From IMG/VR virus record IMGVR_UViG_3300034341_000592, positions 1-28,570 of that record: a stretch of 28,570 nucleotides of DNA; one strand, given 5' to 3'. The notes beneath the pieces were generated by a model that saw nothing but the letters and a program-made list of their open reading frames with translations, had not been told where the DNA came from and did no database searches. Position numbers and translations under genes: made by a program. The stretch is from a virus (lineage: Duplodnaviria > Caudoviricetes). Shown here in pieces: positions 1-8,100 of the stretch (positions are counted from its first letter, which is position 1; the number at the start of each line of letters is the position of its first letter).

Positions 1-2
1 GG

Positions 3-569
3 GCTGTTGCTCCTACTGTGTCTAATAGTAAGCTTGCCGGTAATGTTAGTCCTGGCATTGAGCCTTGGGCCGCTAATGTTTTCACTGAACAAAGCGCGAA
101 GGGTACGTTCATTAGGAAAAACAAAGAGCTAGAAAAAGTTCTACGTAAGGTTGGTATTAATACTAAAGAAACGTGGGATAAGATCATGGCCGATGGTGGA
201 AGTATTCAAGACGTTAAAGAGCTTGATGATTTCGGCTATGTTAATAACAAGCTAGTACGCTTGTCAGAGCAAGAGTCGCTCGATTTAACGGGCTTTGATA
301 AAGTCAAAGATGTGTTTAAAACCTTTAAAGAAATAAATCAATTAGAGCTAGTTAATCAAGCTGGTATACGTCAACAATATATTGACCAATCTGTTAGTTT
401 GAATTTAGCTTTTCCTTCTGAAGCTACACCGAAGTGGATTAATCAAGTCCACATGGACGCTTGGAAGAAAGGTATTAAGACATTATATTATATGCGAACA
501 GAATCTGTACTAAGAGGTGATATAGCCGCGAGTGCTATGGATCCGGATTGTGTTGCTTGTGATGGATAA
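3..569 (+). CDS. nrdA: Ribonucleotide reductase class I alpha subunit, C-terminal part (5' truncated by window edge)
   Basis: The frame is open from base 3 and reads AVAPTVSNSKLAGNVSPGIEP (RNR APT..S...G.S.GIEP motif). It also contains QQYIDQSVSLN, the GIKTLYYMRT tyrosine pair and the C-terminal redox CxxC tail (CVACDG). Confidence 0.95.
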   Translation, partial: AVAPTVSNSKLAGNVSPGIEPWAANVFTEQSAKGTFIRKNKELEKVLRKVGINTKETWDKIMADGGSIQDVKELDDFGYVNNKLVRLSEQESLDLTGFDKVKDVFKTFKEINQLELVNQAGIRQQYIDQSVSLNLAFPSEATPKWINQVHMDAWKKGIKTLYYMRTESVLRGDIAASAMDPDCVACDG

Positions 570-570
570 T

Positions 571-605
571 AAAAAAAGGGGAGGCCGTTAAGCTTCCCCT
601 TCTTT
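571..605. terminator. Bidirectional rho-independent terminator between convergent nrdA and the late operon
   Basis: Stem AAGGGGAGGC (576-585) pairs with GCTTCCCCTT (592-601) around a 6-nt loop. An A7 tract lies on the left (U-tract for the minus strand) and TTCTTT on the right. Confidence 0.85.
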
Positions 606-608
606 GTT

Positions 609-649
609 ACAGGATGTTTGGGTATGGTGCCCATTTTTTTTATTCCTGT
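609..649. other. Second stem-loop (possible terminator or structured RNA element)
   Basis: ACAGGA (609-614) pairs with TCCTGT (644-649). It encloses an inner hairpin TGGGTA-TGG-TGCCCA (619-633) followed by T8. Confidence 0.45.
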
Positions 650-672
650 TTATTTATAATTTCTAAACATTG

Positions 673-1140
673 TTATATTATTTTGTAGGTTGTTCTATTG
701 TTCACTTTTTCTGCCTTCAGGCATCGTCTGCGATTTCCATCAACAGATACATAACTAACATGTACCCAATCAGGGTTATCGTCTGTTCCAAATTCCCATA
801 TAAGCTGATCAAAATCAAGATTGTTTTTTATGTAGTTATACATTTCCGCGTTTGATTTGCGACCATATACGTCATCAATATCAATTGCGCGGCCTTCACA
901 ATGCTGTGATTTGCCACTGCCTCCTATGGCTTTGTTTAGTTCTGGGGATCTAAAAAAAGAATTAATTTTTATTGGGCCACCAACCCATTTTCTTAATGGT
1001 TCAAATACATTCTCAGCCACAGCTACCATATTGGTTAACTGATATTCGCTTGGTATATTTTCTATACCTTTTCTTTTAGCTGTATAAGACTCAATTGCTT
1101 CTCGCTCTGATATATTTTTGCTTATCTTTCCTAATTGCAT
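673..1140 (-). CDS. Peptidase M15A-family (Zn D-Ala-D-Ala/L-Ala-D-Glu type) endolysin
   Basis: Motifs SFFRSPELNKAIGG, SQHxxGRAID (His/Asp Zn ligands) and WVHVSY (third His). It is the last gene of the late operon. Confidence 0.9.
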   Translation of the reverse strand: MQLGKISKNISEREAIESYTAKRKGIENIPSEYQLTNMVAVAENVFEPLRKWVGGPIKINSFFRSPELNKAIGGSGKSQHCEGRAIDIDDVYGRKSNAEMYNYIKNNLDFDQLIWEFGTDDNPDWVHVSYVSVDGNRRRCLKAEKVNNRTTYKII

Positions 1141-1432
1141 CTTTTATTTCTTCTATATTTATATTTAATTTAAAACTTAAATCAGCGGACCATTGCCTTA
1201 ATGGCTTATTGTCTTTAAACAAAATAATAATTGGTACAGCTTGGATTTGTTTTTGCAGTGATTCGTTTTGATCTTCAAGGAAAGCATACACTGTTTTAGC
1301 TCCTTCTATGCTATAAGGCAGGTCTACCTTATTTTTGTCATTCCATTCAGTGTTTATTTGTACTACTTTATATTCTTGCGCTACAGCTACTGATGAAAAT
1401 AAAATTAATAGTAAATTAATAAGTGTTTTCAT
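1091..1432 (-). CDS. Exported small protein with probable thioredoxin-like fold lacking CxxC
   Basis: Sec signal MKTLINLLLILFSSVAVA followed by Gln. VVQINTEWN and IQAVPIIILFKDNK resemble the thioredoxin beta1-W and cis-Pro (VPT..FK.G) segments. The protein has no cysteines. Confidence 0.6.
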   Translation of the reverse strand: MKTLINLLLILFSSVAVAQEYKVVQINTEWNDKNKVDLPYSIEGAKTVYAFLEDQNESLQKQIQAVPIIILFKDNKPLRQWSADLSFKLNINIEEIKDAIRKDKQKYIRARSN

Positions 1433-1433
1433 T

Positions 1434-1718
1434 TTACATTTCTTCGATTATTTCATATAATTTTTCATCAATTTTATCTAACTTATTACTGTTCTCTTCA
1501 ACTTTGTCCTGCGTATTGATTATTGTTTCGCGAATAAGCTGATCTTTCAAATCGTATTCAGTTCGACTAATTGTAGGTTCAGGTAACTCTTTAGCTAGTT
1601 CTATATCTTTTTTCAATGTGAAATACATTGCAGCGAGAGACACAGCGCCAACTACTACCATTCCTATGGTTTTCAAATCAAGAGTTACTTTAGTATTTTC
1701 TCCAAGTTGTGTGGCCAT
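1434..1718 (-). CDS. Single-pass membrane protein with C-terminal coiled coil (holin/spanin-like candidate)
   Basis: Hydrophobic segment IGMVVVGAVSLAAMYFTL, then a heptad-like tail (VEENSNKLDKIDEKLYEII). It lies two genes upstream of the endolysin. Confidence 0.55.
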   Translation of the reverse strand: MATQLGENTKVTLDLKTIGMVVVGAVSLAAMYFTLKKDIELAKELPEPTISRTEYDLKDQLIRETIINTQDKVEENSNKLDKIDEKLYEIIEEM

Positions 1719-2008
1719 TATTTTCTTCTTTTTACAGATTTAACACGACGAGGCTTGCCGGCCGGCTGACCCAATCTTTTCTTTTCAGCAACTTTTTTCT
1801 TTTTTTCGGATGCTGACATTTCCGATGCAGTCTTTGGTGTTTTACTTGATATTCGTTTTTTTGGACGGCAATACGGGACGCCTCTTCCATCACCTTTTGT
1901 TCTACCACAAGGTTTACCTGTACGGACATCAATCCATTCTTCTTTAAACCAACGTTTAAGCGATGCACCTTTTTCGGTCTTTCTTACTTTTAACGGTGAT
2001 TGATACAT
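1718..2008 (-). CDS. Small highly basic phage protein (DUF5872-like: LKRWFKEEW..V..GKPCGR...PYCRP)
   Basis: Very Lys/Arg-rich 96-aa protein with the WFKEEW, CGR, PYCRP and KTPKT motifs recalled from small viral proteins. TAATG overlaps with both neighbours. Confidence 0.7.
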   Translation of the reverse strand: MYQSPLKVRKTEKGASLKRWFKEEWIDVRTGKPCGRTKGDGRGVPYCRPKKRISSKTPKTASEMSASEKKKKVAEKKRLGQPAGKPRRVKSVKRRK

Positions 2009-2160
2009 TACTTTTTGCTTTTATTACCCCAATTAGCCGCTCCAACCTTGCGACATTTAGCTATTGCTCCACTTGCATAAGCAGACGGAAACACTTTGTA
2101 TCTTGCTTTCACTTTGCGGTAACAAGCATCTTTTTTTTCGAATGGTGAGTTTGATTTCAT
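2008..2160 (-). CDS. 50-aa basic protein missed by the ORF track (MKSNSPFEKKDACYRKVKARYKVFPSAYASGAIAKCRKVGAANWGNKSKK)
   Basis: ATG at 2160-2158 starts 2 nt after the stop of the giant gene. Its TAA at 2010-2008 overlaps the next ATG (TAATG), so it fills the gap exactly. It carries the DACY.KVK.RY.V.PSAYASGA..KCRK motif recalled from other phages. Confidence 0.85.
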   Translation of the reverse strand: MKSNSPFEKKDACYRKVKARYKVFPSAYASGAIAKCRKVGAANWGNKSKK

Positions 2161-2162
2161 AA

Positions 2163-5100
2163 TTATTTATTTTCCTCTAAGTAATTTAATAATCTTTTGC
2201 CTTTATTTTCTGGTTTTGATTTCCAATTAGCATAAGCGTTTATTTCTTCTTGGCTCATTTCTTGTATGGCATCTATTTCTTTTTGTCTTTTAGCAGCAGA
2301 TTGTTCTTTTCTTTTACGAGTAGCCTCTATAGCTCTTGTTTCTTTAGCGGTAGTATTAATTAGCTCGTGCTCTTCAATTTCAGCACCAACTTCCCATGAT
2401 TTCCACCCAAGCGCCATTGCTATCCTTTGCATATCTGAATTACGCGAATCAAGCGCTTCTGTAACTGCGTCAATTTCCGTTACAGCCCTGTCGAGTGGCA
2501 GGTTTATTGTGGCTGATGCTAAGTTGCCCAACACTTGATATGCCGGACTTAATTGAAACTTGCCATCTATCATTACACCAAAACCTCTTGCTTCAAGCAC
2601 ATCTCTTTCGTAATCCATAGCTTCTAATGAATTATAAAACTTGCGGGCCTTAGAGCCGATTGGGGGTGATATGTTTATTGCTTGTAATAGTATTTTAGCA
2701 TTGTCTTTTTGGAACGGATCTTTTCCCTGCTGACGCATATATTCAATAAGCACATTTTTAATTGTAGATGCAACTGCGCCATATAATCCTGAACCTCTAA
2801 GTGTTGTATCAAGCATACTGTTCAAAACATTTTGAACTTTTTGCTCTTCTTTTCTTTCAATCTTATCAAGCTCTTCAGCGGTTAAGTTTTCTTCGTCTTC
2901 ATCATCAAATCCTGGTAACAATGTAAACAATCCATTTTGTAATGTAGAGAAGATTAAGTTTTGAATAGCCGTATAATATGTAATACGACTTAAATACGTC
3001 ATATCACTTTGAAATTGGTTCTTACCTTTAATGCGTCTTCTATTAATTAAATCTTGAAAATCACGCTTTTGAAAACGAGTAATCTGCATTGGGGTATTTT
3101 GGAAAGCTAATATAAGTCTACCCATAGTACCTGCTTGCTGTTTTGAAATAAGCATTGGATCACCAGACTGTTGTGTTTCGTCTGATATATTTGAAAAATC
3201 TTCCCATGCTTTTGCCTCCGCTTCAGCATCATCAAATCCTTTTTTCTTATATGTATTAATCCTGTTTCTGTAGAATGCCGCCCCACCTGTTGCAATTGCA
3301 AAGCTATCTGCTATTTTAGTAGGTGTAAAACCTATTTTAAGTAGGTAGCTAATCATTGCTAAAGGTTTATTATTAGCGTTTTTAGCTGCTGCTGCAATCT
3401 CTGCTTCTTGCACATCGCTTTTTAATCCGCCTCTACGTTCTTTGAGCTTTGGCGAATTAAATATTGTAGTCCAATCTTTTATATATTGTGGAAAGTTTGC
3501 AAATGCAGTCGCTGCTCTTAGCGGGTGATTATCCGTATAATTTAAAAAGTTTACAGTAGATAGCAGCTGTAAGGTAGCAGATCGTCTATTAAAGAACATA
3601 ATAGCTCCTACAGAATTATTTACCCAGTTATTCCATTTATTTACAATAGAGTCGCCTCCAGAAGGTTTGTTACTACCTGTTCGCATTCTATAAAGAATAT
3701 CCTCAAAAGATTGCCTTGCGCTTTTGCCAAGTGTAGCCTCTATTTTATTAAAATTATCCGGTGAAAATATTTGTTCAGTATTTTCAATAAACTCTTTTAA
3801 ATAAAGCTTCCTGTTTACGTTTAATGCAATATCAGTAAGGTCAGACAAAGTTGTTTGAGCATCCCAATATTCAGTAGGATCTGACCAACTATCTTGCTTG
3901 CTAATTGCTAGTAAACCATTTGCGTACGCTTGGAGTATCGGTGTCTTGTAAATATACTCAACCGCTTTCTTTTGATCTGCTTCTGTAAGCTCAGGAATTG
4001 TTTTATCAGACTGTGTCCATAAATATATACGCAAAGCTTGATCCACGCTTATATCCATTCCAGGTACTTTTTGATTCATACTTTGAATGCCTGCCGCTTT
4101 TAAATCTGGTCTGAATATTTTACGCAAAGCTTTAAAGTCATTCATTATAGCTTGCTTAGCTTTTTCCATAGCAGCTATGCCTCTAGTATATGGCGCAACT
4201 ACGTGGTCTTTGAAAAATTCTTTATCAGCTTCGCCTTGTCTACCGCTACCAAGAAGTGAGTAATACAACCCTCTTAAATCTTCAGCGGATGGAGGCAAGA
4301 ATAATTTGAACATGCCTTTGTTAGCGCCTATTCTACGAGCTACAACTCCAGATAATTTTTTACGCGCTGCAATACCCGAAGCACGTTCTATCATTTTGTT
4401 AAACTCAGAATTAAGACTTACTTTTCTTTTTTTACTTCTAGCTATCATACCCGGCACCTTGGCTAGTACCTTTTTCTTTTGAGCGTCTGTAAGCGCGCCA
4501 AATGAATCGGTTGTTCCAGCCATAACTGCATCATTCATAGCTTGCGCAGGAAACATTTGTCTAGCTATAACTTGTCGCATGTCAAATGTATCTTTTTTAT
4601 CTAATTCGCCTTTTGTAAGTGATATTAAATAATTTTGTTGCTGTTCATATTGTTTCTTAAGTACATCAGAAACAGGTTTACCTTTTGAAGCCGCTATAGT
4701 ACCTTTGTTTATAGACTCAAATAAATTCTTCATTGAGCTTGTGCTATACACACTGCTTGTTGAAGTTTTTGCTAAGTCAGAAGCTGTCTGAGTTGTAAGC
4801 GAAGGATATGCTACTCTTGAAACACTAACAGTGCCATCGCTTCTAAAGTTAGGCTTAAATTTAACATTAATATCAACTTCACCTAAAAACGGCGGTAAGT
4901 TAAGCCCCATTGGATTTGAATCTAAAGAAAAATTACCTATATCTGTAAAACCTATATAGTGCGTATTTTTTTCTTTATACAATTGAGAAACAATATCAGT
5001 TGGTAATGTTAATTTAGTAGTCGCATTTTTTTGAAAGCCAAGTCTCTGTAAAGCATAATATACATTTTTAGGCATAATCCAGTTTTTGCCATCAAATGTT

Positions 5101-8100
5101 ATTTTATCAGAGTACTTACCATTTGTTAGCTGATCTATATACTTTTTTAAACCCTTGTTATTTTTTTCAGCTTCTAATATTTCATCTTTATATTCTTGTT
5201 TAACATTTCTAGAAATACCGGGTGAGTCGGTACTCCAATTAGAAATGTACATTTGACTTAGCCTAGCGTTTTTACCTTTTTTAATTTCCCAATTTATAGG
5301 AACTCCTTCATATTCAAAAATTACATCTGGAGATGATGGGTCGCCTACAGGTTCTGTTTGTGTTATTTTTAAATTGTCAACTATTTTTTGCAATTTATTA
5401 AATCCATCAATTGCTTTTTGTTCTGCAACATACCATCCGCCTTCGTCAATTTCTTCCATTACATCCAAAAATGGGCCTATTTCAGTATCATATAATGTTT
5501 GATATTCTTTTGGAGAAAGAAGACTTTTAATTTTTTGTAATGCCTCAGCTCTTTCAGTGTTTGTAGCCCTAGTCATTGCCCCAATTGCAGACTCGACAGC
5601 CATACCTGCGCTTCTAGCAATCAAACCGCGTTCTGTTTGTTCTATAATTTCATTTCTAAAATTATCTGAAAGTACAGCGCCGCGTAAATCTTGATTTTGT
5701 TCAAAAGCTTTTGAAATATCAGATTCTGCATTCAGCATTTCTTCTCTGAATATTTGCCCACCTAATCTACTTGCTAGCTCTTGTGATAATGATTCTTTTC
5801 TACCTCGTATTGGTGTACCATCTTCAGTTGTAACAAAGTCTGCAAAAGCATTATCGCTTATTTTTGCCGGCTTAACTTTCCTTACAATTTCATTGCCTGA
5901 TGTTTGTCCTCTTTCAAGTGTTTTTTCACGATCAATTTTTTGCCCTACCCACTCAGGATAAGGTATAAAATTAGGTTTAAATTCTTTTACTTTAACAGTT
6001 TTACCGCCAACATTTATTTCAATAGTTTTACCGGTATATTTACCACCAACAGACTTTTCAATAGCGATTGGTATGCCACCTTTAACAGTTTTACCGCTAT
6101 CTTTACCCATTAACCATGTAGCGGAAGCGTTGTTAATTATGTCGGCTTTGTTATCAATGGTCCACTTGCGTAATTTTAAATCTGCTTTGCCACCAATTTG
6201 TTTTTTAATATCAATGTCAATAGACTTAGCCGATGACTGTATGACTTCTTTTACAATTGGTACAGTGTTTACGTTTTTAGAAACAGCAGTATTAATTTTA
6301 TTCTTAAGCGTTCTAACTATACCTAATACTTTATCTTTAGCTTTACTTGTTGTAGCTGGTAAAAGCGCGCTAGATGTTGTTAAATTAAACGTAGAGGCAG
6401 CCTCAGCCTCCTCTTCCGCTTCTCTAGCTTCTCTTTCTTCTATAGAAATCTCATCAGCTGCTATTTCAGCAACAGAGCCTAACTCGCCGGCTTGAATGTC
6501 AAGCGATTTTGCAGTATCAGTAACTGTTTCTTTAAACTTTTTAGCTTGATCAAGAACCGCTGCTCTTACAATACCTTTTGGACCTAATAAATATCCAAAT
6601 ACAGTATTTTTATCAGGGTCGTAATTTTTAATTAACCTAATACCAATATTTTCTTTAATAGCATCAACATCTAGTCTATCCGTAGGTATACCTGCTGCTT
6701 TTGCTGCATTAATTATGCTACCATCAAGCGCATTTGTATTTGTGACTGTAAAGTAAGCATTCGTGCTGTCCATATCCTCCGGAAACACATCGCTTAATTC
6801 TTTTTTAGTTGAAGCCGCGCGCTTAAGTCTTGTTTGCTCTTGTTTAGTTGGCAATACAATAGCCGCGTCTTTTACTTGTTTTACAAGCTCACTACCTTTT
6901 GCTTTTTTAATGTCTGTCGTTGTTAAGCTGCCATCTGCAATCTTTTTACCAATACCAACAACAAAGTTAAACATATCAGTCTCACCTGCAAAATTAAAGT
7001 CATACTCATTGCCAAATTTCTTTTGAACTATTGTTCCAAACAATCCTGACATTGCTTTCTTTGCGTTGTTATTTCTAAAGTCCACGTCACCTGCGGCAAC
7101 ACGCTCTAAAAATCTTGCAACAATTTCAACGCCATTACCCTCTTCTTTTAAAAGTTGCTTATGTATTGAAGGGCTTATTACTTTGGTTGTTTCTAATAAC
7201 TGCCTTCCTATTTCATCAAAAGCCGCTGGGTCTGTACCTAAAATATCCCAAAATACTTGATGGCCAACTTCATGTGTTCGAATAAACTTACGTTGATTTC
7301 TAACTTGATTTTCTACAACTGCATATGTTGTTTTCTTACCTTCAGGGCTTACATATGCTGCGCCGTCGTCACCATCTTTTAAGTTTTGAATTAACGTTTT
7401 CTTATCAGGGTCAGAAATAGTTTTGCTATTTTGTATAAAAGCAGTTGCTTCTTTAACAGTATTAAATGATTTAAAGTTAGCACCTAACCTTTTGTTAGCC
7501 TTACTGTTTTCAGCTACAATCTGATCTTGAAAATATAATTCTAAAGCTTTTGATTGTATTTTTTCTTCTGAAGCAGCGGTTTTATCGGCTGATAATAGTG
7601 CTTGCGCGTCGTTTAGGTATTGATTATATTGTGCTTCATTAGAGCCTTTCAAAAGTAAAAACTCAGTAAACTTATTTACTTTAGCACTGTCTTTTAAAGC
7701 CCCTTCTTTTGAAGATTGCAAATAATCTGTTTCAGCTTGCAACTGCTGTAGTCTTGCTGCTTTTTGTGATTCTGTAAGCGACCCATCCGATAGTATAGCT
7801 TTTGCCTCTAATTGTATTTTTGCTTGTCTATTTGTAATATCAATTACATATTGCCCAGCTCTTGCTGTAATATGCTCATTAATATTTTTTTCCTGCAATT
7901 GTATTTCATTTGCAGCATCAACACTTAATTTTTTAATCTGCTCTTCTATTCTAGCTTTTTCAGCTTCATTTTTAGCGCCATTATATTCTAAACTAAGTCC
8001 ATTTATTTCTGCTTGTATTTCGCGTACTTTTTTAAGTTTTGAATAGTCGGAATACCTAGACAGATGCAGTCCACGCATAAATGGTATACCTGAAAATAAA

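Noticed and set aside
1963-2148. 61-aa plus-strand ORF filling the gap next to the giant gene
   Set aside because: It is the shadow of the 50-aa minus-strand gene at 2008..2160, which fits the operon and has coupled start and stop codons.
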